Shown in pieces: positions 50,100 to 60,060 of a stretch of DNA of 64,000 bases. Made by a program: the position numbers and the translations under genes. The notes under the pieces were generated by a model. That model was not told where the DNA came from and searched no databases. It saw only the letters and a list, made by a program, of their open reading frames with translations. The stretch is from Pelagibacteraceae bacterium AG-359-O02. Lineage in GTDB: Bacteria; Pseudomonadota; Alphaproteobacteria; Pelagibacterales; Pelagibacteraceae. Location of the stretch: NCBI GenBank assembly GCA_003280485.1, contig QCEU01000004.1, forward strand, positions 16,436-80,435, in the 5' to 3' direction. Within the stretch, counting starts at the first letter, position 1; each line of letters opens with the position of its first letter.

Positions 50100-51358
50100 T
50101 TAACACGTCGAATGTTTACCCCGACTTTTCTTAGCTTATTCTCTATATTTTCATATCCTCTATCAAGGTGATAAATTCTATTAATTGTAGACGAACCTGT
50201 GGCAACTATTGCAGCTAAAACTAATGCAACTGAAGCTCTTAAGTCACTAGACATTAATTCAGCAGCTTGAAAGTTAGTATTGCCTGAAATAAATGCCTTA
50301 TTTTTTTTAATTAGAATCTCAGCACCTAATCTTCTTAATTCAGCTACATGCATAAATCTATTTTCGAAAATACTCTCAGTTATTGAACTTTTACCTTTAG
50401 CCTTACAAAGTAGAACCATAAACTGAGCTTGTAAATCTGTAGGAAAGTTTGGATATTCTTTAGTAACTAAATTGTTTAAATTTTTGATTTTTTTTGGACC
50501 AGATATATGAATTTGTTTTTTGGCTACTTTAATTTTTGCTCCAACTTTTTTTAGTAATGATAATTCTGTTTTTATAATTTTTGGATTAAAATTATTTATT
50601 TTTAAATTACCTCCAGTTAAACATGCTGCCACACAAAAAGTTCCTGTTTCTATTCTATCTGACATCACTGAATAACTTGTACTTTCTAAAGATTTAATAC
50701 CTTCTATCTTCACAGTACGTTTGCCTATAAATTTTATTTTTGCACCACCTGATTTTAAGAAATTTATTAAATCAACTATTTCCGGTTCGATTGCACAGTT
50801 TCTAAGAATGGTAATTCCATTTGCTAAACATGCGGCTATAATTGTATTTTCAGTTGCTCCAACACTAATTTTTGAAAACCTAATTTTTGCACCTTTGAGT
50901 TTTTCTTTCGTATGTGCGTGGATATAGCCCTTCTTAATATCATATTTCATTCCAAGTTTTTTAAGTGCATTCAAATGATAATTTACAGGTCTTGCCCCTA
51001 TAAGGCAGCCACCAGGCAAAGAAGTTATAGACTTTTGATGTTTGGCAACAAGTGCTCCTAAAACTAATATTCCAGCTCTCATCGTTCTAACAAGTGAATA
51101 TGATGCAAAAAAATTTTGCTTTTTTTTCTTTGTTATTTTAACAATTTTTCTATTTTTATTAAATTTTATTTCTGAGCCAAGAGATTTTAAAAGGTTAATC
51201 ATTGTATCTATATCTTTAACGCGAGGTAGATTTTTTATTATGACCTCTTTTTCAAATAGGATAGTTGATGCTAAAATTGGTAAAGCAGCATTTTTTGAGC
51301 CTGAAATTGAAATTTCGCCCTTTATTTTACAAGGACCCTTAACAATAAATTTGTCCAT
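50096..51358 (-). CDS. murA: UDP-N-acetylglucosamine enolpyruvyl transferase
   Basis: GSKNAALP, LPGGCLIGARP, SVGATEN, FPTDLQAQ, HLDRGYE. Confidence 0.98.
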   Translation of the reverse strand: MDKFIVKGPCKIKGEISISGSKNAALPILASTILFEKEVIIKNLPRVKDIDTMINLLKSLGSEIKFNKNRKIVKITKKKKQNFFASYSLVRTMRAGILVLGALVAKHQKSITSLPGGCLIGARPVNYHLNALKKLGMKYDIKKGYIHAHTKEKLKGAKIRFSKISVGATENTIIAACLANGITILRNCAIEPEIVDLINFLKSGGAKIKFIGKRTVKIEGIKSLESTSYSVMSDRIETGTFCVAACLTGGNLKINNFNPKIIKTELSLLKKVGAKIKVAKKQIHISGPKKIKNLNNLVTKEYPNFPTDLQAQFMVLLCKAKGKSSITESIFENRFMHVAELRRLGAEILIKKNKAFISGNTNFQAAELMSSDLRASVALVLAAIVATGSSTINRIYHLDRGYENIENKLRKVGVNIRRVN

Positions 51359-51360
51359 TA

Positions 51361-51915
51361 TTATATTTTTGGAAGTGTAACTCCCTTTTGACCTTGGTAT
51401 TTACCATTTCTATCTGCATATGAAACAGCTGGATCCTCATTGCCCTTAATAAAAACAAATTGAGCAACTCCTTCATTAGCGTAAATTTTTGCTGGTAACG
51501 GTGTTGTATTAGAGAATTCTAATGTTACATGTCCCTCCCAGCCTGGTTCAAGAGGTGTAACGTTTACAATAATTCCACATCTAGCATATGTAGATTTTCC
51601 TAAACATATAACTAAAACATTTTTAGGTATCTTAAAGTATTCTACTGTTCTCGCTAATACAAATGAATTGGGTGGAATTATACACTCAGATGAATTTTTT
51701 GTGATAAAATTTGAAGATTTAAAATTTTTCGGATCTACAATTTCTGAATTTACATTAGTGAAAATTTTAAATTCATCAGAAACTCTCGCATCATATCCAT
51801 ATGATGAGACACCAAATGATATTTTATCTCCTCTAACTTGTTTGTCTTCAAAAGGAGAGATCATATCGTTTTCTCTGGCCATTTGTATAATCCACTTATC
51901 AGATTGAACTGACAT
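51361..51915 (-). CDS. dcd: dCTP deaminase
   Basis: [29 protein letters not shown]. Confidence 0.97.
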   Translation of the reverse strand: MSVQSDKWIIQMARENDMISPFEDKQVRGDKISFGVSSYGYDARVSDEFKIFTNVNSEIVDPKNFKSSNFITKNSSECIIPPNSFVLARTVEYFKIPKNVLVICLGKSTYARCGIIVNVTPLEPGWEGHVTLEFSNTTPLPAKIYANEGVAQFVFIKGNEDPAVSYADRNGKYQGQKGVTLPKI

Positions 51916-52018
51916 TATTTTTTTTTTTCTTAGTTTTTTTTTGAAATTCTTTTCTTTTTTTTAAATTTTTTCTTAAGGCAAGTTCAAGTTTACTAAAATT
52001 ATTCTTTTTTGAACTCAT
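51899..52018 (-). CDS. Small basic protein, 39 aa (not in ORF track)
   Basis: [39 protein letters not shown]. Starts 3 nt after the upstream stop and overlaps the dcd start. LxxALRxNLKxRK resembles the small protein commonly upstream of murA in alphaproteobacteria. Confidence 0.7.
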   Translation of the reverse strand: MSSKKNNFSKLELALRKNLKKRKEFQKKTKKKKNNVSSI

Positions 52019-52021
52019 TAT

Positions 52022-52219
52022 TTATTTTTTGTCAGGATTTGTAAGATGATCAAGCGTTATAACTTGATCAAGAGGAATTGTTTTGTCTTCTTCATTTTTT
52101 ACTGGGCCAGTTTTCACCTGTTTTTTTGCTCTTTTTTCTGCAAGCTTTTTCTCTCTTTTAGCTTTTTTTTCCATGAGCTTTGCATTTTTATTAGCTCCAT
52201 ATGTATAGTGAATTCCCAT
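52022..52219 (-). CDS. Hypothetical small Lys-rich protein, 65 aa
   Basis: ATG start, fills the gap before the dcd operon, protein-like helical KKAKREKKLAEKRAKK. Confidence 0.7.
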   Translation of the reverse strand: MGIHYTYGANKNAKLMEKKAKREKKLAEKRAKKQVKTGPVKNEEDKTIPLDQVITLDHLTNPDKK

Positions 52220-52313
52220 AACATTTTCCTTAAATAGATATAACCCATTTTAAAATAAAAATAAGGCAATAATTTGAAAAAATTAATTTTATACACTAAT
52301 TTAAGTAAATATT

Positions 52314-52387
52314 GCCCCTATAGTTAAATGGTATAACACATCCATGGTAAGGATGAGTTTCCAGTTCAATTCTGGATGGGGGCACCA
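52314..52387 (+). tRNA. tRNA-Thr(GGU)
   Basis: GCCCCTA TA GTTA AATGGTA TAAC A CATCC ATGGTAA GGATG AGTT TCCAG TTCAATT CTGGA TGGGGGC A CCA. Confidence 0.96.
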
Positions 52388-52390
52388 GTG

Positions 52391-53110
52391 TTATTTTGTA
52401 TAAAAATTTTTTTTTAACAAAAAACCAATTATAACTAAAATTATAATTCCCAGAATTGGTAAATAAATATCAGGAGAAAAAATTAACTCTAAAATACTTG
52501 GTACTTCAGAATTTTCCTCCAATATCTTACTCAATCCAGCGCCAAGAGATGCTCCAACAAATAATTGTGGAGCCATACCAATTATTGATCCTAGAAAAAA
52601 ATTTCTTACCTTTACATTAAATATTGTCGGTAAAATATTTGAAATAAAAAAAGGAATACCACCTATAAATCTATAAATTAGAAAAAAAACAAACTCATTC
52701 TTTTTAAACTTTTCAGTCAAATTGCTGAAACGAGACGAAAATTTTTCCTCAACCAAATCTTTAAAAAAATAATTTGCAAAAATATAAAGAAATGTTGCAC
52801 CAATAGATAATCCAAAAACTACTAATAAAGTTCCTAACCACTTTCCAAATATAAAACCACCAACTAGAAATACTGGCGATCCAAAGCCTAATAGAAGAAC
52901 CCAGACTATGGTACCTATTAAAAAAATAATACTTGATAAAAAAATATTACTATTTTTAATATTATCTAATGCTTCTCTATTTTGTCTTATTAATTCATAA
53001 CTTGAAAAATCCTGAAAGGAAAAATTATTAAAAAAAATCATTAAAAAAACAAATACTATCAAAATGTAGGCAGAGCCTAAAAATAGTTTAAATTTTTTTT
53101 CTCTTTTCAT
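52391..53110 (-). CDS. TVP38/TMEM64 (VTT/DedA superfamily) membrane protein
   Basis: GGFIFG..LG, LIYRFIGGIPF..SN, FFLGSIIGMAP; multiple TMs. Confidence 0.88.
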   Translation of the reverse strand: MKREKKFKLFLGSAYILIVFVFLMIFFNNFSFQDFSSYELIRQNREALDNIKNSNIFLSSIIFLIGTIVWVLLLGFGSPVFLVGGFIFGKWLGTLLVVFGLSIGATFLYIFANYFFKDLVEEKFSSRFSNLTEKFKKNEFVFFLIYRFIGGIPFFISNILPTIFNVKVRNFFLGSIIGMAPQLFVGASLGAGLSKILEENSEVPSILELIFSPDIYLPILGIIILVIIGFLLKKNFYTK

Positions 53111-53192
53111 TGATTTTTAACTTATTAAAAATCGCTGTACTTATATATATATATTTGTATAACTACCGAAATTTAACATTAATTTAACAACA

Positions 53193-53330
53193 ATGAAACG
53201 TACATATCAACCAAGTAACAGAAAAAGAAAAAAGGCTGTTGGCTTTAGAGCTAAAAAAAAAACAAAGGGTGGAAGAAAAGTATTAAAAAGAAGAAGGGCC
53301 AAAGGAAGAAAAAAATTAACAAATGCTTAA
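53193..53330 (+). CDS. rpmH: 50S ribosomal protein L34 (not in ORF track)
   Basis: [45 protein letters not shown]; TAA overlaps the rnpA ATG. Confidence 0.97.
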   Translation: MKRTYQPSNRKRKKAVGFRAKKKTKGGRKVLKRRRAKGRKKLTNA

Positions 53331-53671
53331 TGAAAAACAAGATTGTTAGCCTTTCTAAAAACGAGGATTTTAAGTCTATTCTGAGTGGAAAAAAAATTTC
53401 TAACAAATACTTAACAATTTTCTTTAAAAAACTTTCTGATAAAAATAATAATAGATTAAATATTAGTTTTGTAGCCAAAAAGAAAATTGGAAATGCAGTA
53501 ACAAGAAACAGAATTAAAAGAAGACTAAGAAATATTATGAACGAAGCTGTGAAATCAATTAACATTAACCTTAATTACTGTTATTTATTGATCGCAAGAA
53601 TATCTGTTAGCAAAGATCCTTATGAAAAAATAAAAAACTCAACACTAGAAGACTTTAAAAAAATTAAATGA
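53330..53671 (+). CDS. rnpA: RNase P protein
   Basis: KKIGNAVTRNRIKRRLR (RNR motif). Confidence 0.96.
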   Translation: MKNKIVSLSKNEDFKSILSGKKISNKYLTIFFKKLSDKNNNRLNISFVAKKKIGNAVTRNRIKRRLRNIMNEAVKSININLNYCYLLIARISVSKDPYEKIKNSTLEDFKKIK

Positions 53672-53910
53672 CCAATCCTGTTAAATTTTTAATGATCAAG
53701 ATGATAAGGCTTTATCAAATAATTATATCTCCATATCTAGGAAATAATTGTAGATATCTTCCAACATGTTCTGATTATTTTATTGAAAATTTAAAAGAGA
53801 ATGGAATTTTAAAAGGAAGTATTAATGGATTTAAAAGAATACTTAGTTGTCATCCGATAAAAATTTTGGGTGGTGGAGAGGGATTTGATCCAGTTAAAAA
53901 GAAAAAATAA
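53668..53910 (+). CDS. yidD: Membrane protein insertion efficiency factor
   Basis: YQ..ISP...CRYLPTCSDY, RILSCHP, GFDPV. Confidence 0.95.
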   Translation: MTNPVKFLMIKMIRLYQIIISPYLGNNCRYLPTCSDYFIENLKENGILKGSINGFKRILSCHPIKILGGGEGFDPVKKKK

Positions 53911-53913
53911 TTT

Positions 53914-55596
53914 ATGGATACAAAAAATGTAATTGCTGCAATATCTCTTAGTGCAGCCGTAATAATACTTTATAGTCTATTTTTCGCTCCAGCAGTGGTA
54001 GATCAAAAAGATATTTCAAATGACAAAAATATTACCAGTGAAAATTCTTCAACGGATGCACCATCATTAGTTCAGGACGAAGAAACAATTAAAATATCTA
54101 GAAATGATGCTTTAAAAGAAAATGAAAGAGTTCTTTTTGAAAATGACAAAATTAAAGGCTCAATTTCATTAATTGGGTCTTCAATAGACGACTTAACTTT
54201 TAAAAATTATACAAATACTTTAAATGGAGATGATAATGTAATCTTATTAAATCCTAAACAGTCGAGTAATGGATATTATGTGGAAACTGGTTGGGCAACA
54301 ACTAGCAAAAATATTGACTTACCAAATTCAAAATCTGAATGGAATATTGAGGGGAATAACAAACTTACACCAAATTCCCCAGTAAAATTACGCTGGACTA
54401 ATAATCAGAATATTACATTTGTAAAAGAAATAAGTATAGATAAACAATATCTTTTTAAAATCAAACAAACGATAATTAATAATTCGGATAAGACTTATAA
54501 TTTTTATCCATATGGACAAATTATTAGAAATGTAGCCCCTGATGTAACTAATTTTTATATTTTGCACGAGGGTTTAATTGGAGTTTTTGATGATCAATTA
54601 GTTGAGGAAGATTATGATGATATTGAAGAAAAAAAATATTCCAAGAATGCACAATCTGGATGGCTAGGTATAACTGATAAGTATTGGCTTACTAGTCTTA
54701 TCCCTGAAAAGGATAAAAGTTTTAGATCTGATTTTGATTACAAAAATAAATTTAGAGCAAATTTTATTGAAACGAATGCAACAGAAGTTGGTGCAAACGA
54801 GACAAAAAGCAACTCAATTAGAGTAATAATTGCTGCAAAAGAAGTAAACGTTATTGATGGATATGCTGAGAGTGAAAATATTAATAAGTTTGATTTAGCA
54901 ATTGATTGGGGGTGGTTTTACTTCATTGTAAAACCTTTATTCTTTGCAATTCAATATTTCTTTAATCTAGCTGGCAATTTTGGAATAGCAATTATAATGA
55001 TAACTGCTTGTATAAGATTAGCATTTTTTCCACTCGCAAATTACTCATTTAGGTCCATGGCTAAAATGAAAGTTCTTCAGCCAGAAATGACAAGACTAAA
55101 AGAGTTGCATAAAGAGGATAAAATGAAACTTCAACAAGAGATGATGGCATTATACAAAAGAGAAAAAGTTAATCCAATAAGTGGGTGTCTTCCAATTTTT
55201 ATACAGATACCTTTTTTCTTTGCAATTTATAAAGTTTTATTTGTAACAATTGAGATGAGACATCAGCCTTTTTTTGGTTGGATAAAAGATTTAAGTGAAA
55301 GAGATCCTACATCCATATTTAATTTATTTGGACTAATTCCATGGGATCCCCCTTCTTTTTTACTAATAGGTGTGTGGCCTTGCTTAATGGGTGTTTCAAT
55401 GTGGATGCAGCAAAAACTAAATCCAACGCCTCCTGATCCTGTTCAAGCAAAAATATTTATGTTCTTTCCATTATTTTTGACTGTAATACTAGCTCCTTTC
55501 CCAGCAGGACTAGTTATTTACTGGACTATAAATAACATATTAACAATGGCACAACAGTACATAATAATCAAAAGAACGACTGTCAAAACTGTTTAG
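53914..55596 (+). CDS. yidC: Membrane protein insertase
   Basis: IDWGWF, NFGIAII, GCLPIFIQIP, GLVIYW. Confidence 0.98.
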   Translation: MDTKNVIAAISLSAAVIILYSLFFAPAVVDQKDISNDKNITSENSSTDAPSLVQDEETIKISRNDALKENERVLFENDKIKGSISLIGSSIDDLTFKNYTNTLNGDDNVILLNPKQSSNGYYVETGWATTSKNIDLPNSKSEWNIEGNNKLTPNSPVKLRWTNNQNITFVKEISIDKQYLFKIKQTIINNSDKTYNFYPYGQIIRNVAPDVTNFYILHEGLIGVFDDQLVEEDYDDIEEKKYSKNAQSGWLGITDKYWLTSLIPEKDKSFRSDFDYKNKFRANFIETNATEVGANETKSNSIRVIIAAKEVNVIDGYAESENINKFDLAIDWGWFYFIVKPLFFAIQYFFNLAGNFGIAIIMITACIRLAFFPLANYSFRSMAKMKVLQPEMTRLKELHKEDKMKLQQEMMALYKREKVNPISGCLPIFIQIPFFFAIYKVLFVTIEMRHQPFFGWIKDLSERDPTSIFNLFGLIPWDPPSFLLIGVWPCLMGVSMWMQQKLNPTPPDPVQAKIFMFFPLFLTVILAPFPAGLVIYWTINNILTMAQQYIIIKRTTVKTV

Positions 55597-55601
55597 TAGA
55601 A

Positions 55602-56450
55602 ATGGAAATAGAAAAAATAGTACCAAAAGATGGTCCTTCCATCGAAGAGGTTAAAAAATACATAGATAAATACAAAAATGAATTAATAGTTATTAAATAT
55701 GGAGGAAACGTTTTTATTGATAGAAATATTTTTAACAATTTTATTTCAGATATAAGTATTCTAAATAAGTTAGGATTATCAATAATAATAGTCCACGGAG
55801 GTGGCCCTAGAATCAAAAGAGAATTAGAAAAATCAAATATTCAATCAAAATTTATTAGAGGTTTAAGGGTTACGAGTGAAAAAATTATAAATATAGTTGA
55901 GGATGTTCTTATTGATTTTAACGAGGACATTGTTAATTCTTTAATTGAAAAAGGATCAAATGCAGTCTCGATAAACACAAAAAAAAATAATGTTATTGAA
56001 GTTATTCCAGAAGCAGAGGAACTTGGATTTGTTGGAAAGCCAAATAAAATAAATACAAATATTATAAAAGATATAATTAAATTAAATTCAGTTCCAATTA
56101 TATCACCTTTAGGAAAAGGTAAGAATAATCAAACTTATAATATTAACGGAGATACAGCTGCTGGTGCTATAGCTAAATCTTTGAAATGTAGAAGATTATT
56201 ATTAATGACCAATGTTGAAGGTGTACTTGATAAAGAAAAAAAGCTCATTGAGGAAATTACGTCATCTGAAATTTTAGAGATGATAAAGAATGAAGTTATA
56301 ACAGAGGGCATGATACCTAAAATTAATACCTGCTTAGATGCAATAATGAATGGAGTTACTGGTGTCGGAATTATTGATGGAAGAAAAAAATATTCAATTC
56401 TTTTTGAATTATTCTCAGATAAAGGTGCTGGCACATTAATAAGAAAATGA
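55602..56450 (+). CDS. argB: Acetylglutamate kinase
   Basis: IKYGG, VHGGGP, GLRVT, YNINGD, GMIPK. Confidence 0.96.
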   Translation: MEIEKIVPKDGPSIEEVKKYIDKYKNELIVIKYGGNVFIDRNIFNNFISDISILNKLGLSIIIVHGGGPRIKRELEKSNIQSKFIRGLRVTSEKIINIVEDVLIDFNEDIVNSLIEKGSNAVSINTKKNNVIEVIPEAEELGFVGKPNKINTNIIKDIIKLNSVPIISPLGKGKNNQTYNINGDTAAGAIAKSLKCRRLLLMTNVEGVLDKEKKLIEEITSSEILEMIKNEVITEGMIPKINTCLDAIMNGVTGVGIIDGRKKYSILFELFSDKGAGTLIRK

Positions 56451-57109
56451 AAAATATAAAAAATATTTTATTTGATTGTGATGGTGTTCTTTATCAAGAT
56501 TTAGAGTCTGTATTTGGTCAAGTAAGTAAAAGAATGACACAATACATTTCTGAAAAATTAAAAATTAACTTAGTCGAAGCTAAAAAATTACAAACTGACT
56601 ACTTTCATAAATATAATACAAGTCTAAATGGATTAATGATACATCACGATATTCCTCCTAAAGAGTTTTTAAATTTTGTTCATGACATTGACCTATCTTT
56701 TATGGAAAAGGATTTAGTTTTGAGAGGTGAAATAGAAAAGTTGGATTTAAGAAAGTTCGTTTTTACCAATGGTTCTAGTGAGCATGTTAGTAATATAACT
56801 AAACATTTAGGGATTGATGATCTATTTGAAGATGTATTTGATATAGTTGATGCGGAATATAGCCCAAAACCTGCATCGAAAGCATTCGATCTGATGGTAA
56901 AAAAATTTGATATTAACCCAAAAGAAACAATTTATATTGAAGATATTGCAAAAAACTTGTCAATTGGAAAAGAAAGAGGAGCTACGACAGTTTGGCTAAT
57001 CAATAATGAATATTGGGGTAAAAAAGAATCTGACAAAGACTATATTGACTATAAAATAGAAAATCTCTCTTTATTTTTAAAAGAAATAAGGATAAAAAAA
57101 AACTCATAA
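56447..57109 (+). CDS. HAD-family pyrimidine 5'-nucleotidase
   Basis: FDCDGVLY, VFTNG, PKP, IEDIAKNL; argB-nucleotidase-dapD synteny. Confidence 0.88.
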   Translation: MKNIKNILFDCDGVLYQDLESVFGQVSKRMTQYISEKLKINLVEAKKLQTDYFHKYNTSLNGLMIHHDIPPKEFLNFVHDIDLSFMEKDLVLRGEIEKLDLRKFVFTNGSSEHVSNITKHLGIDDLFEDVFDIVDAEYSPKPASKAFDLMVKKFDINPKETIYIEDIAKNLSIGKERGATTVWLINNEYWGKKESDKDYIDYKIENLSLFLKEIRIKKNS

Positions 57110-57112
57110 ATT

Positions 57113-57940
57113 ATGAGTATAGAAAACTTAATAAATGAAGCTTGGGACAAAAGAGATGAAATAAATCCCGCTTCTGATCAGTCTTTAAAAGATACAATAA
57201 ATCAAGTTATTGATGATTTAGATAGCGGAAAGTCACGAGTTGCTGAAAAAATAAATGGTGAATGGATAACTCATCAACATTTGAAAAAAGCAATCATGTT
57301 AAGTTTTAGATTATATCCTATGGAGAATTTGAACGGTCCATATAGTAGTTGGTATGATAAAGCTCATCTACTAAAGGGTAAGACTGCAGGATGGACAAAA
57401 GAAGATCATGAGAAAGCGGGTTTTAGAATGGTACCTAACTCTCCAGTAAGAAAAGGAAGTTTTGTTGGAAAGAATGCAGTTCTAATGCCATGCTACGTTA
57501 ACATTGGTGCATACATAGATGAAGGAACAATGATTGATACATTTGCAAGAGCAGGAAGCTGTAGCCAAATTGGAAAAAATTGCCATATCTCAGCAGGTTC
57601 GGGTGTGGGTGGAGTTTTAGAACCTGCACAAGCTCTGCCAACTATTATCGAGGATAATGTTTTTTTAGGTGCAATGTCTGAAGTTGTAGAAGGTGTAATT
57701 GTAGGTGAAGGATCCGTGCTGAGTATGGGAATGTATATAGGACAATCTACTAAAATTGTTAATAGGAAGACTGGAGAAATTACTTATGGAAAAATTCCTC
57801 CTTATTCAGTTGTAGTTCCAGGTTCACTTCCTGATAAAAATAGCTCAACTGCGCCCTCACTATATTGTGCAGTAATAATTAAACAAGTAGATGAGAAAAC
57901 AAGATCTAAAACTTCTATTAACGATCTCTTGAGAGAATAG
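57113..57940 (+). CDS. dapD: Tetrahydrodipicolinate N-succinyltransferase
   Basis: KKAIMLSFR, hexapeptide repeats, [15 protein letters not shown]. Confidence 0.97.
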   Translation: MSIENLINEAWDKRDEINPASDQSLKDTINQVIDDLDSGKSRVAEKINGEWITHQHLKKAIMLSFRLYPMENLNGPYSSWYDKAHLLKGKTAGWTKEDHEKAGFRMVPNSPVRKGSFVGKNAVLMPCYVNIGAYIDEGTMIDTFARAGSCSQIGKNCHISAGSGVGGVLEPAQALPTIIEDNVFLGAMSEVVEGVIVGEGSVLSMGMYIGQSTKIVNRKTGEITYGKIPPYSVVVPGSLPDKNSSTAPSLYCAVIIKQVDEKTRSKTSINDLLRE

Positions 57941-57945
57941 TTTCG

Positions 57946-59103
57946 ATGAAAATTATAAATGAACTTCAATTAGCTAAAGAGCTAATTAGATTTCCAACTG
58001 TAACCCCTATAGATGCAGGAATAATGAAATTTTTGGAAAAAAAATTAAAAAAACTTGGATTTAAAACTAAAATTCTGGAGTTTAAAGAAAAAGGAAATGC
58101 TCCAGTTAAAAATCTATATGCAAGATTAGGGGATAAAAGTCCTAATTTTTGTTATGCGGGACATCTTGATGTTGTTCCTGCTGGAAATTTAAGAGATTGG
58201 ACAGTAAATCCGTTTAAACCATCAATTAAAAAAGGACATTTAATCGGAAGGGGTGCAAATGATATGAAAAGCTCTATAGCTGCATTTGTGTCAGCTATAA
58301 GCGTTTTTGTTGAAAAAAATAGAGGATTTAATGGATCAATAAGTCTTTTAATCACTGGAGATGAGGAAGGTGTAGCCATTAATGGAACCAAAAAAGTTGT
58401 AGACTATTTAAAAAAGAAACGAGAGAAAATAGATTTTTGCTTGGTTGGAGAGCCAACTAATCCTAATAAATTAGGTGAAATGATTAAAATTGGTCGAAGA
58501 GGAAGTATGAACGGTCGATTAACAATTACAGGAGTTCAAGGGCATGTAGCATATCCTCATAGAGCAAATAACCCTTCGACTGCTCTAGTAAGAATACTGA
58601 AAGAACTAAAAGATTTACGATTTGATAAAGGTACGAAAGATTTTCAACCAACAAATCTTGAAATTACAAAAATTAACATAAATAATATTGCAGATAATGT
58701 AATTCCAGGTATTGCATATGCTTCATTTAATATAAGATTTAATAATTTGCACACTTCAAATTCCATTAAAAAGAAAATTAATAAAATTTTAAAAAAAATA
58801 TGTAATAAAACTAAATCTAAATATAAAATTGATTACAGTGTTTCAGGTGAAGCTTTTCTTACAAAGCCTAATAGTACAACATTTATGATACAAAATGTTA
58901 TTAAAAAAGTTACTAAAATAAAACCTAAACTTTCAACTACTGGAGGCACATCAGATGCAAGGTTCATTAGGAAAATAACTCCTTGTTTAGAATTTGGCCT
59001 AGTAGGAAAAACTATGCATAAAGTTGATGAGGCTGTCTCACTTACTGATTTAAAAAAATTGAGTTTAATATATACAAAAGTTTTAAAAAATTATTTTAAG
59101 TGA
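57946..59103 (+). CDS. dapE: Succinyl-diaminopimelate desuccinylase
   Basis: GHLDVVP, GRGANDMK, TGDEEG, GEPT, QGHVAYPH, TGGTSDARF. Confidence 0.97.
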   Translation: MKIINELQLAKELIRFPTVTPIDAGIMKFLEKKLKKLGFKTKILEFKEKGNAPVKNLYARLGDKSPNFCYAGHLDVVPAGNLRDWTVNPFKPSIKKGHLIGRGANDMKSSIAAFVSAISVFVEKNRGFNGSISLLITGDEEGVAINGTKKVVDYLKKKREKIDFCLVGEPTNPNKLGEMIKIGRRGSMNGRLTITGVQGHVAYPHRANNPSTALVRILKELKDLRFDKGTKDFQPTNLEITKININNIADNVIPGIAYASFNIRFNNLHTSNSIKKKINKILKKICNKTKSKYKIDYSVSGEAFLTKPNSTTFMIQNVIKKVTKIKPKLSTTGGTSDARFIRKITPCLEFGLVGKTMHKVDEAVSLTDLKKLSLIYTKVLKNYFK

Positions 59104-60029
59104 AGACTGGTCTAATTACTTCAGATACTTATAAAAACCATAATACAGGAAATGGTCATCCAGAAAAAATTGATAGGGTTACTGCAATAATTGATAATTT
59201 TAAAAAAGTAGATAACAAAAATCTTATATGGAAAAAACCCAACAAGTTTGATGAATTTTTTTTAAATAAAACTCATTCATTAGAATATATTAAACATGTT
59301 AAACAGTCATTTCCAAAAAAGGGTTTAGTATTTTTAGATGGTGACACAATTGTTTCACCTGGGAGTAAAGATGCTACTAAAGATGCAGTAGGTTCAATTA
59401 TTACAGCAATAGATGGAGTACAAAATAAAGAACTTAAAAATGCTTTTTGTGCTGTAAGACCTCCAGGTCATCATGCAGAAAAAGATAAAGCTATGGGATT
59501 TTGTATTTATAATAACGTAGCCGTTGGTGCTAATTACCTAATTGAAAAGTATAAATACAAAAAAATTGCAATAATTGATTTTGATGTTCACCATGGTAAT
59601 GGAACTCAAAATATTTTTTATGATAATGAAAAGGTATTGTATGTTTCTACCCACCAATACCCTTATTACCCCGGCTCAGGTTCACATAAGGAAAATGGAA
59701 AATTTAATAATGTATTAAATATTCCACTAGAAGCTGGAACAACATCTGAAGTATATTTAAATGCATATGAAAATGTTTTAAATAAAATAAAGCAGTTCAA
59801 ACCAGAATTTTTGTTATTTTCTGCAGGTTTTGATGCACATATTGACGATCCGTTAGCGCAAATGAGATTAAATACAGAGGATTATTATACAATTACCAAA
59901 AGGACTTTGGAATATTCCAAATCTTTTTGTAATGGTAGGGTCGTTTCAATTCTTGAAGGTGGTTATGATCTTAAAGCATTACAAAGTAGTACCCAAAGAC
60001 ATGTTGATGCGTTGATAGAATTTAATTGA
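59100..60029 (+). CDS. Zn-dependent histone deacetylase-family hydrolase (GTG start)
   Basis: GHPE, RPPGHHA, GFCIYNN, DFDVHHGNGTQ, SAGFDAH, LEGGY. Confidence 0.95.
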   Translation: MKTGLITSDTYKNHNTGNGHPEKIDRVTAIIDNFKKVDNKNLIWKKPNKFDEFFLNKTHSLEYIKHVKQSFPKKGLVFLDGDTIVSPGSKDATKDAVGSIITAIDGVQNKELKNAFCAVRPPGHHAEKDKAMGFCIYNNVAVGANYLIEKYKYKKIAIIDFDVHHGNGTQNIFYDNEKVLYVSTHQYPYYPGSGSHKENGKFNNVLNIPLEAGTTSEVYLNAYENVLNKIKQFKPEFLLFSAGFDAHIDDPLAQMRLNTEDYYTITKRTLEYSKSFCNGRVVSILEGGYDLKALQSSTQRHVDALIEFN

Positions 60030-60060
60030 TAATATTTTTTTAATCACTAAACACAAATAA

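Noticed and set aside
51918-51962. Long poly-T/A tracts as phase-variation switches or terminators
   Set aside because: They are Lys codon runs in a small ORF. Similar tracts occur throughout, with no frameshifted genes seen.
47500-52387. Genomic island or prophage integrated at tRNA-His, -Phe or -Thr
   Set aside because: No integrase, no duplicated tRNA 3' end noticed, and the flanks are core genes.
53173-53188. Perfect CtrA-like box TTAA-N7-TTAAC before rpmH
   Set aside because: The motif is almost all A/T and expected by chance at this base composition. No ctrA in the window and L34 is an implausible target.
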